Positions 47,801 to 58,935 of a stretch of 64,000 nucleotides of DNA are shown piece by piece; positions within the stretch are counted from its first letter, which is position 1, and each line of letters starts with the position of its first letter. Source of the stretch: Macrostomum hystrix (Eukaryota > Animalia > Platyhelminthes). The notes beneath the pieces were generated by a model. That model worked only from the letters and a program-made list of their open reading frames with translations. It did no database searches and was not told the DNA's origin. Made by a program: the position numbers and the translations under genes. The stretch covers positions 3,968,001-4,032,000 of the forward strand of contig CATNEN010000025.1 of NCBI GenBank assembly GCA_950097015.1. The letters run 5' to 3'.

Positions 47801-50800
47801 TGCTTAACTCTGCATTGCTTCAGTTCACCCAGCTGTTAAATGGGAACCAGCATCAGCTGGGATAATTGTAGGTGGGTGTGGCGTCCCCCCAGTCCATGGA
47901 CTGAACAGCTGTACGCAGCCTTCAGATGCGCCGCGCATTAGCTGCGGCTGTGCTGTCGGCTGCACATCAGACCTAATTAGGGCAGATGTGATCAATTATT
48001 ATTATTATTAATTATTTTCATTTTAATATTTATAATAATAATTGCAGGCTGGCTGCGGGCAATCACACATCATTTGGTGACACTAAACCCGTAGCCTACT
48101 CTGCTCATGTCGCTGACTCCTGAGCATACACGCACACAGATGCCTTACGCAGGTGTGTACATCTGCCCTGACTTTCTCATCGTCAGGCAGTGTACACTCT
48201 CACTGTACCTTGGAGGTTGGCCCTCAAGGTCGTAAATCGCACGACAAGCCGCCAAGCCTTCTCTCCGCGGCTACAACCCAATTCAGGAATCGAGCTCAGG
48301 GACCTTGGTGCGAGAGGCAAACACGTTAACCGCTCTGCCACCGCCCCCTCCGCTTGGAGCCAATCATTTATGTTGAATTAATTTGGCATTGAAGATAAAT
48401 GATAAGAATGCAAAAATTGCAAAAAACATTCCACATTGATATGTTTAAGACCGCTCTGCCACTCACCCCTTTCGTACTTTTAACTACTGTATATATATAT
48501 TGTTTGTTTATATTTTTAGACTTCTCTAAACTATCGCTAGTTTCCAATTGTTTCCAGCTTGAAATTCCCGATTTCAATTGACTGTCTTTTCTTGCAAATT
48601 TCTTTTTCATTTCTAAACTTTCCTTTAAGCACAGATCGCTAGCCAAAACAGGCAGACACACAGAAATATGTTACACCATACGGAAGCTGTCTGTGTTTTC
48701 TCCAAGTAGTGCATCAGTATTTCAGAACCTGCCCCAGAGTATTTTCGGGACAGCCAGTCAGCCTACACTTGTCTCTCCAGGTTCTAGATTCAGAGCTCCA
48801 TGGGTTAGCCCTCGTTGCCCCGCATCCAGGATCCAGTAACTCGGGGGGGAACAAATAGACTAATTTTCGTATAACAAACCGTTCAATGCCTATAGGTACA
48901 ATGTCAATGGAGCGAGTTAGATAGATAATGCGTTCAAAAGTGCGCCTAATTTTATCCGGAATTTTATTCGCACAATTTTCGATCGCAAAATGAATTGACC
49001 CTAGTGTAGCTACCGGGTGAAATCGATACAGAAATAAATAGCTATACTAAATAATTACGAAGCTTGTACACTCCTAGTTTCTAGTTCTGCGTAGATCGTT
49101 GCCTTTCTAAATGCCTTTCTATTGCCTTTTCTACTGTGTTTCCTGACCTACAAGAATCATAAAACTAGAAAAATTGTGCAACAGACTCTGAGGGATCAAA
49201 GCAGGCAATCTTGTTGGGTTAAGAATGGGTTATAATATTCGATGCATCAAACTTCTGACCACGGCGATAAAAAAAATTAGTCTTCCCTTTTGCTGACAAG
49301 TACAAAAGCACTTGTCTTTTTAAAGACACCCATAGTGCGTCTAGTCAAACGAAAAAAAGTGAAATGCCAGCAGAATTAAAGTAGCTTGACAAAGAACGCC
49401 TTGCGTGAGCTGGTCCAAAAATCTACTAAACTAAAAATTAAAATTAAAATTAGAACTTCCTGAATCTCAAAGCGTCGGCATCGTCGGGGTGTCTGGTGGC
49501 GAAAACCACCAATATTGCTCACCAAGCTTCATCGTGTAACCATGTCGTCTATTATTCTTGACTATAATTTATTGATTAAATTGTTATATTGTTAAATGGT
49601 TCATTATTATGCTGCTGAACCAATATGGATTCGCCAAAGAGGTTTATACTGAGCAATGAAGGTTGTCCCCAGAGTCTTCGACAAGAATCGCTGAATTTCT
49701 CGACGATGCTGACCTCGGACAGCTTTGAAAATTAGTTCATCGCAAAGAGGGAAACATGTTTTTTCCATAAGGTGGACTTTCAAAAAATTGGTCATTCGAT
49801 CTGGGAGCTTTCGTGAATTAGGCAGGGGGTATTTGAAATGCCCTGTTGTCTTTCCCCATGGGAAAAATCATGTTCTTTCCACTGTTCAGTGATCTTTGCA
49901 TAAATTGAATTCAACCAATCATAGCTACTTGAATAAAATAACCTATTGGGGGTGGTAGCCTAGTGGTTAGAGCGTCGGACTCACGGCTTGAAGGTTGGAG
50001 GTTCGATTTCCGACTCCGCGACTCTGGTACAATTTTTGTTCTTTTGCAAGACACATAACTCTGCATTGCTTCAGTTCATCCAGCTGTTAAACAGCGGGTG
50101 CTGTGGTAATTGAGGGTGGGTGTGGCGTCTCCCAGGTCCATGGACTAACAGCCGTACGCGGCCTTTCTGTCGGCTGTACTGTACTGTCGGCTGCACATGC
50201 TCAATGGTCAGCGGCATGGGCTGCACCAAAATGAATTTATTTACTATTCCCCTGGATGAATACGATGCTTAGTTGCGTTTGATGTTACAACAACTTTTGA
50301 GCGAACATATTTTTCTAAGAGTTAGTGTTTCTGCGGCTGCCTTCGTCGAAGAATAATAGTACGAGCTATTTTTTACCTTGCGAGCGTACCGTGTTTGCTC
50401 ACAGTCCCAATAACATTTTGTATTCTCAACCAAGTCTCCTTTTCTCTCCCAGAATTGCGGCAGAGTTTATTAACGGGTTCCTTGTGAAGCTGAGATTAAC
50501 TTGTACTCGTCTACTCGCGACCACCAAAGCAACTAAAAAATCAACTAGTCTAAAGTTCGCCGAATCAGCCAAAAATTATGTTTGCACTAACCAGCGTTAG
50601 TCTGCGGCACCAGGTCTCCGTAGCCGACCGTTGTCATGGTTACCAGCGACCACCAGAAGCCGTCGAACATGGAGGTAAAGCGCGAGTCGCCCTGCCTGCC
50701 GCCTCCGCCGCCGCACTTTGAGCAGTCAACGGCACCGCCTTTGCCTCCACCGCCGCTGCCGCCTCCACCGCCGCTGCCATTCGGCTCGTTGCGCGACTTT

Positions 50801-53417
50801 TCGCAGAAGAAGATCAGAGTGCTGAACAGCAGAGTGCCCAGGGCGACAAACACGCCCATGAGCATGAGATCACGGAATGAGGTGCGCAGAGTGTAGATCA
50901 GAACCTGCAGTCCCCGATAATGCCTGCCGATGCGCAGCAGACGCATGAACAGAGTGATCTTCAGGAAGGCGATGTACTCAGCTAAGCCGAAATTATTATT
51001 ATCGGAGAATTCGATGATGCCAAAAAAGAACCTCAGCAGCTCGTTGACAAAGAACGGCATTATGGACAGCACGTCGATGATGGTGTAGTTGTTCTTGAAG
51101 TAGGCGATCTTGTTCTTGCAGCAAAGCAGGCGGACAAAAAAGTCGAAGGTTAGTACGCCGAAAGCGATCCAGTCGGGATAGGTGAGCCAGTCCACCTTAA
51201 TCTTGGCGTTGACGTCGGTGTGATTGCCGTACCAGGACGGGTGCTTGGCCGAGTAGAAGGCAATCTCACTGGGCGTCATTGAGCGTTGAAATCTCTCCGA
51301 TGTGCTAGCAACGAAGCTGAACACGGTGTACAACACCGTGACACTCAGGATCACGGCGTAGACAGCGGCTGGAAAGCTGGACGAAGGATGGTCGAGAATC
51401 TTCCAGCAGCGCTTGCGCAGCGACGCCAGGGCTTCCTTGACTCGTCGGCGCCAACCTTGAGGTTGTTAAAATGGGGTGGTTAAAACTTGAGGTGACAGTA
51501 CACACCAGGAGGTAAAGATAGAGGCGATTCTCATCTAAAGAAGTTAAAAGCGGATTCCCAGAAAAGCCAATGGAATTCCCATTCAATAGAGTTTAAACAG
51601 AGGAAATTCCCATCGAAAATAATTTTAGATAGCCGCTATTCCCACATAAAAGAATTCAGAATCGACGCAAATTTTCATCTGACGGAGTTAAATATAAAGG
51701 AATTCCCTTCACTTTACATGCGGCCCCACAGACGGGGGTGCAACCTCCACGAGTAAGAATTACCGTGCGCCTTAGCTGGATCATTGTCCAGAGGATCGTC
51801 AAACTCCACCCCGTTCGGTAGCAGCAGCGGCTCATTCTCCATCTCTTCTTTAAAGAAGTTTTCAAACTTTTTCAAGCTGACCAGCCGACTCTTAGTGTCC
51901 ATGAGGTGGCTGACGCAGCAGTTCTGGATCTCGATCACCGACTGGACGCCCCAGAGGGCGAGCTCGCGTTCCAGCAGCGGACCGCAGTAGTGATGCGGCA
52001 CGTGCAGCTCGCCTGAAAAGATGGGGGCATGGGTCGCAGTGGATTCGTTAGAGCGTCCAACTAGCTTCAGGCAGTTTAAGCCAACAGTAGAACGACCATG
52101 GCTGGTATATATGTTTTATTCATCTCCCAAAATATTCAACCAATCACCATGAAATTCCAGAACACGGGCTACAATTTCCCGTTCTATCCGATGAAACAAC
52201 GTCTTTAATCACAAAACATCGTCGAGATATTCAGCGATCCTCGTCGAGGTGTCTAGTGGCGCATATCATCAATATCGGAATAGATTTTCTGCTCACAAAA
52301 TGTCATCTTCTCATCGTCGGCTATTATTCATGATTATATTGTTAAGTATTATATATTTGAACCAATATATATTCGCCACAGAGGTTTATACAGAGCAATG
52401 TTATTTGTCATTGTCACCAGGGCCTTCGACACGAATCGCTGAATACCTCAAGGATGCTTACTCGACCGGCTTTGAAAGTTAGTTCATTCAGATTCAGATG
52501 GATTCAGATGGTGGACTTTCACTAAAATCGGTCATTTGATTTGGGAGCTATCGTGAAATAGGCCCCGAATAGCGTGGTCTTTTACTGTTAAAGAAGAGCC
52601 TTTCTGCTTTCAAACGACACCAAAACTTGTCTCGATGTGGCATGCCAAAAGTAACAATACTTTCCGGACAACCCATGCACTCGTATTTTGGTGGCCTGTC
52701 TCGATGTGGCATGCCAAAAGTAACAATACTTTCCGGACAACCCATGCACTCGTATTTTGGTGGCCTGTCTCGATGTGGCATGCCAAAAGTAACAATACTT
52801 TCCGGACAACCCATGCACTCGTATTTTGGTGGCCTGTCTCGATGTGGCATGCCAAAAGTAACAATACTTTCCGGACAACCCATGCACTCGTATTTTGGTG
52901 GCCTGTCTCGATGCCCTCAAGGCACAGTGAAAACGTACACTGCCCGACGTAAGAGAAGCCGTGAAAAAAATGCGCGCACACCTGGTCAATCGTGTAATCA
53001 CTTTACTATTCTCAATTGGAATCTATTGTAAAGCTCACCGTATCGGCAGTACCACAGCACTATCTTGAAGATGGCCGGGTCCCTGTCAAAGTAGTACTCC
53101 TGCTGCGCGGCCCGGTAGATGCCGTCGTGCAGCAGCTTGTCGTAGATGTGCCTCTGTTTCAGCAGTGTCGAACGCAGCACCTCGAAGCGAGTACCGCTGA
53201 CGTTCATCCTTACGAGACCGAGGACGTCGATGCTGTCAAGATCCAGCGACTCGCCGCACTCTAAGGACGCCTCGTCGATGAAGTGCAGATTTTCAAAGTC
53301 AGTTTTTGCCAGCTCGAGCAGCTGAATCCGCTGCGGATCGCTCATGGTTGATGAGGCTCGCGCGCGGCTCGTACGACGACCAACTGGTGGACGGAGAATC
53401 ACGGTAGGGTTTGCAGC
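38860..53417 (-). CDS. Voltage-gated K+ channel alpha subunit, Shaw/Kv3-like (T1, S1-S6, C-tail)
   Basis: Phase-consistent exons 53039-53417 (T1: NVSGTRFEV...YYFDRDP), 51764-52012 (ELHVPHHYCGPLLERELALWG...CC), 50592-51455 (S1-S5 and pore WWSLVTMTTVGYGDLVP) and 38860-39275 (S6 GRIVGSACALSGLLLIAFTVPILVNHF). CGPL.E.EL..WG and the H-x5-C...CC motif are Shaw-like. Confidence 0.9.
39728..39953 (+). ncRNA. HDV-like self-cleaving ribozyme at the LINE 5' end
   Basis: P1 GCUCGC 39728-33/GCGAGU 39911-16 (G1.U); P2 cccau 39893-97/auggg 39949-53; P3 ggg 39898-900/ccc 39908-10; L3 UACACGC; P1.1 AC 39902-03/GU 39917-18; P4 ggcugccc/gggcagcc 39923-41; J4/2 C39945-AGA. Confidence 0.75.
40000..40450 (+). repeat. 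96-bp tandem monomers (~4.5 copies) in the LINE 5' UTR
   Basis: The atgcggccagtccgcag motif recurs at 40051, 40148, 40244, 40340 and 40436. Confidence 0.9.
40656..42242 (+). CDS. LINE ORF1 (gag-like nucleic-acid-binding protein)
   Basis: gccATGG start in ORF 40407..42242; basic N-terminus, YASKAKR, structured central region, low-complexity tail; directly upstream of ORF2. Confidence 0.8.
   Translation: MASPISSFETELNSAAPDAATGRSHVLGAAGGTENPATEIVDQNKRNPSRKRSEEARVRRNQKRNERRRNAAAAATGGRPTPAHEAGAKDAAGPPGSAAPPTAAPASTISKAGTDADGKSVEGAAGPSGAAAPTAITATTTHKAGTSNASKAKETYASKAKREPVQPAIIVVGEEQDLSNEQLKSMLRTIDEGLTDLALAGTPVSVVRSEAQEGAVLLWCKSAGDSRLLRDRIKDFKWGTDVGRLRCTTESERPRTRRHRVWVPDACSIRSGDQLRQLLLKMNPDLPASGLICHETVRKEAEGFTAIYGFSEAWSKRIPHKSVIKPGLYPLTILDCQERKAGEGSENKRAAPGSGAKAPPAKRHATSADPRPGKNIRIAESGPRDRRPARNNRKSGLVLRALSEARALREHLERSRATKAQTSLPPSQPQSAGTHGAVATDWSEDPPHRKEAAIHTDPTPEGEASSDGSDCTVVGWSGRDTQRSEQQLSAAIPAVPSTAVAGAPLLMEVCSPTPSEEDELLKETPAGP
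42239..45940 (+). CDS. LINE ORF2: APE endonuclease, reverse transcriptase, RNase H, C-terminal Zn knuckle (1233 aa)
   Basis: VNLQH, QEPW, GDINAHH, SDH (endonuclease); KSPGPDG, FLDIDGAFD, GCPQGGVLSP, YADD (RT); YTDGS, E, SDS, GNELAD (RNase H); CPFC...HFVCHC. No stops or frameshifts. Confidence 0.95.
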   Translation: MIGHTGITCLQVNLQHCIAASVNLMRYVELNMPGLILVQEPWTHKGKPQNVPNGYHCLYNSRHWENQTPRACILVRDSLNAWHRPDLSDRDTCVIQTENILPGKTVLIASVYLPGDRPAVPEELISLIETCAAKNYELIVAGDINAHHTHWGSSDINSRGEDLLAYILTTSLEFCNTGSTPTFDNGRWSEVIDATLATPGLYQSLREWQVLPETSLSDHKYISFQLAGARCTNQITWKRNARNTDWEAFRHNLEGTQRNLSPPANTCDEADELAEFLTNSLTTAFEASCPLKAYRGKTSAPWWNPQLGELRRTAKRLHRRATKTKNPADQAAYLEAIHSFKKEVRNAKNSKWRQYCEELEGTRPTSRIVKALTLDKMSKLSTVRKADGRPTENPGETLDTMLTAFFPSVPAGTDPPDHTEGGHILATSIITEDRVTKAAQSFKPFKSPGPDGIIPAFIREAVKCHGFLTNLCKLLKACIVLGYVPKAWTEARVVFIPKPGRPDYHSIKSFRPISLTSTMVKLMERLVLWRLLSVELKNMPLSGNQHAFRSGRSTESALHALVDALEKAVLGNGFALSIFLDIDGAFDNVLFEAFDRALRMRHTHSHLRRWIMYMVRHRTATAHLLGHQRTVTVCKGCPQGGVLSPVLWNMVIDELLRDSQPDPILKVGYADDVTAVASGPVPEALRDLLQNFINNAERWATRCGLKLSESKTAAIMFTSKNKWHIRPLQLYGKDITFQKQTKCLGITLDHRLSWTPHVHAKAKKAFAILAQLRRAVGNTWGLTPKRLWWIYTAMVRPAVSYAGLIWASALQLKTCHETLRRVQGRACRTIMSAPPSAPFDGLNAFLNILPLDIFIRGEAAKTARRLLDAGVRFVPQRAAAKRKLLPHTDLCLRDLGASNGINVLTDGEPCSLNLLQRFKVLIPTRDQVSDHWNTQEVHCYTDGSMKDGSAGFGVCILINGRVVATHAQHTGKSSSVFQNEVLAISSCAAELNEKNISGRTIIFHSDSQAALQALCHTTTTSRTVSDCVRQLNNLAGKNTVRLQWIPGHAGFPGNELADHLAKQGGASSAPGPSPPAPIPSTVIYRQINDWTANLHLTRWRSTTNCRQSKAAVPVPSARLRKVLLNQTRKDIRALTMTLTGHGCYARHCFLRGDLRSELCPFCNLEDEDALHFVCHCPFFTRERLNHLGPNPSMDDVCRSENIPRLVRFLRATRRASFFPSEEQAAGRTEHGPP
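47805..48010 (+). mobile_element. SINE family A, 5'-truncated copy
   Basis: Matches the body of the 36069-36375 copy; tail-to-tail with the family B copy. Confidence 0.75.
48030..48348 (-). mobile_element. SINE family B copy
   Basis: Colinear with 25504-25883 (tttctcatcgtcaggcagtg; gggacc.tggtgcgagaggcaaac; accgctctgccacc). Confidence 0.8.
49455..49830. repeat. Degenerate interspersed repeat family; other copies at ~52190-52560 and ~63600-63900
   Basis: Shared blocks such as gcatcgtcg, ccaatat.gatt.gcca.agagg, cttcgaca.gaatcg and ggtggactttca. Confidence 0.65.
49948..50220 (+). mobile_element. SINE family A copy
   Basis: tagcctagtggttagagc A box, ggttcgatttcc B box and conserved body. Confidence 0.8.
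52629..52915. repeat. 69-bp tandem repeat x4 in a Kv intron
   Basis: Direct; 23-aa periodic ORFs in several frames. Confidence 0.9.
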
Positions 53418-53429
53418 CTAGGACCCCGC

Positions 53430-54978
53430 AAGCTGTAGCCTAGTAACACAAGCTGTAGCCTAGTAACACAAGCTGTAGCCTAGTAACACAAGCTGTAGCT
53501 CAGTAACACAAGCTGTAGCTCAGTAACACAAGCTGTAGCCTAGTAACACAAGCTGTAGCTCAGTAACACAAACTGTAGCTCAGTATCACAAGCTGTAGCC
53601 TAGTAACACAAGCTGTAGCTCAGTAACACAAGCACAAGCTGTAGCCTAGTAACACAAGCTGTAGCTCAGTAACACAAGCTGTAGCTCAGTAACACAAGCT
53701 GTAGCTCAGTAACACAAGCTGTAGCTCAGTAACACAAGCTGTAGCTCAGTAACACAAGCTGTAGCTCAGTAACACAAGCTGTAGCCTAGTAACACAAGCT
53801 GTAGCTCAGTAACACAAGCTGTAGCCTAGTAACACAAGCTGTAGCTCAGTAACACAAGCTGTAGCTCAGTAACACAAGCTGTAGCCTAGTAACACAAGCT
53901 GTAGCTCAGTAACACAAGCTGTAGCTCAGTAACACAAGCTGTAGCTCAGTAACACAAGCTGTAGCTCAGTAACACAAGCTGTAGCTCAGTAACACAAGCT
54001 GTAGCCTAGTAACACAAGCTGTAGCCTAGTAACACAAGCTGTAGCTCAGTAACACAAGCTGTAGCCTAGTAACAGAAGCTGTAGCTCAGTAACACAAGCT
54101 GTAGCTCAGTAACACAAGCTGTAGCTCAGTAACACAAGCTGTAGCTCAGTAACACAAGCTGTAGCCTAGTAACACAAGCTGTAGCTCAGTAACACAAGCT
54201 GTAGCCTAGTAACAGAAGCTGTAGCTCAGTAACACAAGCTGTAGCTCAGTAACACAAGCTGTAGCCTAGTAACACAAGCTGTAGCTCAGTAACACAAGCT
54301 GTAGCCTAGTAACACAAGCTGTAGCTCAGTAACACAAGCTGTAGCTCAGTAACACAAGCTGTAGCTCAGTAACACAAGCTGTAGCCTAGTAACACAAGCT
54401 GTAGCTCAGTAACACAAGCTGTAGCTCAGTAACACAAGCTGTAGCATAGTAACACAAGCTGTAGCCTAGTAACACAAGCTGTAGCTCAGTAACACAAGCT
54501 GTAGCTCAGTAACACATGCTGTAGCTCAGTAACACAAGCTGTAGCTCAGTAACACAAGCTGTAGCTCAGTAACACAAGCTGTAGCTCAGTAACACAAGCT
54601 GTAGCTCAGTAACACATGCTGTAGCTCAGTAACACAAGCTGTAGCCTAGTAACACAAGCTGTAGCTCAGTAACACAAGCTGTAGCCTAGTAACACATGCT
54701 GTAGCCTAGTAACACAAGCTGTAGCCTAGTAACACAAGCTGTAGCCTAGTAACACAAGCTGTAGCTCAGTAACACAAGCTGTAGCCTAGTAACACATGCT
54801 GTAGCCTAGTAACACAAGCTGTAGCCTAGTAACACAAGCTGTAGCCTAGTAACACAAGCTGTAGCCTAGTAACACAAGCTGTAGCCTAGTAACACAAGCT
54901 GTAGCCTAGTAACACAAGCTGTAGCCTAGTAACACAAGCTGTAGCCTAGTAACACAAGCTGTAGCTCAGTAACACAAG
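53430..54978. repeat. 20-bp minisatellite (agctgtagctcagtaacaca/agctgtagcctagtaacaca), ~77 copies
   Basis: Direct. Confidence 0.95.
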
Positions 54979-55015
54979 CCTTCAGAGCCTCTTCTCTCTC
55001 AGGACACAATCTCAC

Positions 55016-56553
55016 CTGCGTTAACGTGCTCAAACCTGTCCATGGTCGGGTCATTTCTTCGCCCAGTACAGAAATTACTGTTATTGACTTTTCTGTCGCA
55101 GACATTGAAGCCCATGCTGGAGCTGCAGCTATTTGCTGAGCTTTGGCAGTACATGAGTACCCTATCTCACTGATTCTCAAGCTTGCTATATTTTCGTAAC
55201 TTCTTGCCCCCCTCCCTTCTCGCTATTGTTTATCGTATAGTCTTGAAAATAGTTACGAAAAGAGTTGAAAGAAAAAGTTTTCTACCGTTTCTAACCGTTC
55301 TTTACCGTTCCCCTCTTCGTACCATTAATCTCAATTAAAGTTTTTGAAGAAAACTGTTTTCTGCAGACTATATGTTGGCATCCCCTATTTTTCGACCCCC
55401 AGACATCCCTGATTGGTTGGCTCTGATTCGCCCAGTCGGGATTCGGGAAATTTTAGCGGACCTCTATATGGACCTTACGGCTGTTCAAAATATAATAAAA
55501 AAATTCGAACTCGTTCATTGTTTTTCGAGCGGTGAACTTACTGTGGTGTGAGTTGGGGTGGATTTCCGATAATTGGGATGATTGAGTAGGGGCGGGTAGA
55601 TAGAGGCAGAGAGGGAGAGAGAGATGGGTAGAGAAAGTAAATAACTGAAGTAATTTTTATGACGCTGATGGTTTAAGCGGCCATGGATTATGGGATTAGA
55701 GAAATGACCTACTGACAAGGATTATGGGATTAGAGAAATGACCTACTGACAAGGATTATGGGATTAGAGAAATGACCTACTGACAAGGACTATGGGATTA
55801 GAGAAATGACCATCTGAGAAAGAATTTATCAACTAGAAACAGGATCTGCTGACAAGCGTTTGTCAACCAAACCGTGCAACAGGAAATGCCAGCAGTTCCA
55901 ACCGTAAAATTTCCAATGGCTAAATTAGTGGCTGTGTTTTTCTAATCTGTAAGAGTATTCATTGACTTACGCCTTCCAGCGAATGCCTCGTCCATGGCTC
56001 CCAAGCTGCCAGCGTCCGAGGTCCCAGCCTCGTCGGCTGCATTGACAGACGCTGCCGCTGACGATGCCGCAGCCGCAGCCGCCGCCGCCACCGCCGCCGC
56101 CGCAGCAAGACTTTTCTTTCGACGGAATAGCAGGCTGCCCAGGCTGGGCCGACCGCTGCCGCTGTTGCTGTTGCTGTTTCCTGGCCTGCCAGCTTCGTCG
56201 ATTGAATTCGCCGGGCTGGCGTTGTTTCTCCTGTCGTTGATCTCCGCGGCTACGATTGTCGAATAAGCCACAGCGCATGAAGAGGCGCTGCTGCTGCGGC
56301 TGATTCCGGAGCCACCGGCTGCTGCTGCCGCGGCGGCGGCTGCGGCATTTGCCGCGGTCGCGTCTACAGTGGCGGAGCGATGCTGCAGTAGCCTGGTTGC
56401 TATTCTACTAGACGTCGGCTGCGGGCAGTAGGATTTCTTGCGCTGCTGCTGCTGCTGCTGCTGCTGCTTCGCCGCCTTAGCCGCTTTCTTACTGTTGCCA
56501 GCATCTCGCATTGAGTATTCCTCAGTGGACGAGTTGTGCATGAAATGCGCCAT
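55016..56553 (-). CDS. Probable N-terminal exons of the Kv gene (poly-Q/poly-A low-complexity N-terminus)
   Basis: Exon 55971-56553 (C|gtaagt, phase 1) and exon 55016-55140 (CAG|gtgaga, phase 0) join the T1 exon acceptor at 53417 in frame. The acceptor at 55140 is weak. Confidence 0.55.
55685..55810. repeat. 34-bp repeat, ~3.5 copies
   Basis: ggattatgggattagagaaatgacctactgacaa at 55685 and 55719. Confidence 0.85.
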
Positions 56554-57709
56554 CAATTTTTGTTTTATCTTATTTTCTAGTCAGCTGAAATGGGATTTGG
56601 AGTGTCATGCGCTCAACATGCTACTTGTGTCTACTCATGCTAAAATAAGTAGAGCCCAAAGCATCTCGGTGAAATTATTAACTAGTATTGCATTTAATTA
56701 ACTTAATCACTGGGCAAATACTAGAGAATGCAGGTAGCAGAGAATATTGGATCCGGGATGGTTGGGGGAGGAGGTTTAGTTCGTCACACTGTAGAAAACA
56801 AGCGAATGCTGGGCCTCATTCGCAGCATGAAATGGACGTCGCCAGCTGGTCATATTTATCTATACTGCCCAGACCCGACCTTGGCGCTGTTAGCTCTTCC
56901 TCCAGCCATCCCCCGCAGACAAGAAGATTCCCACTTGCACTTGGCCACTTGGCAACCTTTCGTCAAAGACTGTCAAATTCAGAGTTTATGCGTCGTTTAA
57001 CTTTAGTTTTTGGGAGGTCTCTTCAGAGAAAGGTTGGCAGCTTGGAAGGACAACTTTCTAATCTTCTAGCAGAAATTGGCGTCCCCGTTCTGCAACTTTT
57101 TAGTGCTTCCACTTTGGGGCGCACTACTTGGCCTATTTACTTAGGCAAGCTATGAAATTTCTGAAAGGAACGGAAACGGGAAGGAATGTTGTAGCCTCAG
57201 TGATTGGAGCTTCGGACTGCTGGTCGAGAAGTCGGGAGTTCGAATCTCATCTGTAAAATGGTACCAGCTTGAGGTCTGTTTAAATTTGTTCGCCCGATTC
57301 CATGAACTGATTGATTCCAAGCGGCACAATAAAATAGAAATGATCCTTTCATTTGCTTGACCTGACCACTCTTCATTACAGGTGAGCCATTGTGCGTGGC
57401 ATCAAATTTCTAATAAAAGTTTACTCTGTGGACTCTTCAACTGAAGAAGGCAGCTCGCGATGAGAGATTTGATTGGGGCTTGCGTCTATGCTGTGCACTT
57501 GGAGACTGCTGGCGTATCTGATTTCGGGAAAGTTTTAAATCTCAAAGCATTCACGGAAGTCAAGATGGTTCAGAGTTCAACTGCCCGTTGACTTTTTCCG
57601 AAACTCTAAAAAGGAAGCGAAAAGTTCTCCCCAAGACACGGAGAGATATCTAAGCTTCTACTCCGTGCAAGCAACAAAAAGCAATGAATAAAAGTTTTCT
57701 TGGTTGGTT

Positions 57710-58010
57710 GGTTGGTTGGTTGGTTGGTTGGTTGGTTAATTGGTTGGTTGGTTGGTTGGGTGGTTGGTTGGTTGGTTGGGTGGTTGGTTGGTTGGTTGGT
57801 TGGTTGGTTGGTTGGTTGGTTGGTTGGTTGGTTGGTTGGTTGGTTGGTTGGTTAATTGGTTGGTTGGTTGGTTGGGTGGTTGGTTGGTTGGTTGGTTGGT
57901 TGGTTGGTTGGTTGGTTGGTTGGTTGGTTGGGTGGTTGGTTGGTTGGGTGGTTGGTTGGTTGGTTGGTTGGTTGGTTGGTTGGTTGGTTGGTTGGGTGGT
58001 TGGTTGGTTG

Positions 58011-58042
<32 letters not shown>

Positions 58043-58048
58043 GTTGGT
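57710..58048. repeat. (TTGG)n microsatellite
   Basis: Direct. Confidence 0.95.
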
Positions 58049-58514
58049 GAAATTCTGCAAAGCAAGTATCGCCGCAGCAGCGTCTTATCAGAACACTTCA
58101 GAAAAGCAGATCTATCAATCAATGCCAATCGTCCAAGACGAATGAGTGGAGACGTGCATGTTGCCATCAGTCGTGTTTGAAAGTGCCGAAATGATGAAGA
58201 TCATTTGGCAGGAATGATTTAGCAAATTCTCGAGACAATCCTTGCTCCTGGTCATTCTTTAAGGCTCAATTCTCAGCAGCTCGAGAAGGAGACCGATAAA
58301 CGTTTCCAACATCCCATAAGGGATTCTGTTATCTCGCTAAGCCAGACACCGAGGACGGAATCGGTCGATTGAAGCTTAAAATTGAACCGCTAAGGCTCGG
58401 CGCAGTCGGAAACTGAAGAAAAGCGTGTTTCAAGAATAAATATTCAGCCTTTCAAGGACTTCGCTGAATGTTTACCAACAAAAATTGTTTGAAAAAAAAC
58501 CGCTACAAATTGAC

Positions 58515-58935
58515 CAGACTGCTAGTGGTATGAGCGGGACTGCTAGTGGTATGAGCGGGACTGCTAGTGGTATGAGCGGGACTGCTAGTGGTATGAGCGG
58601 CACTGCTAGTGGTATGAGCGGGACTGCTAGTGGTATGAGCGGGACTGCTAGTGGTATGAGCGGGACTGCTAGTGGTATGAGCGGGACTGCTAGTGGTATG
58701 AGCGGGACTGCTAGTGGTATGAGCGGGACTGCTAGTGGTATGAGCGGCACTGCTAGTGGTATGAGCGGCGCTGCTAGTGGTATGAGCGGGACTGCTAGTG
58801 GTATGAGCGGCACTGCTAGTGGTATGAGCGGCACTGCTAGTGGTATGAGCGGGACTGCTAGTGGTATGAGCGGCACTGCTAGTGGTATGAGCGGGACTTC
58901 TAGTGGTATGAGCGGGACTGCTAGTGGTATGAGCG
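58515..58935. repeat. 21-bp minisatellite (gactgctagtggtatgagcgg), ~20 copies
   Basis: Direct. Confidence 0.95.

Noticed and set aside
57710-58048. Telomeric repeat
   Set aside because: TTGG 4-mer at an interstitial position; treated as an ordinary microsatellite.
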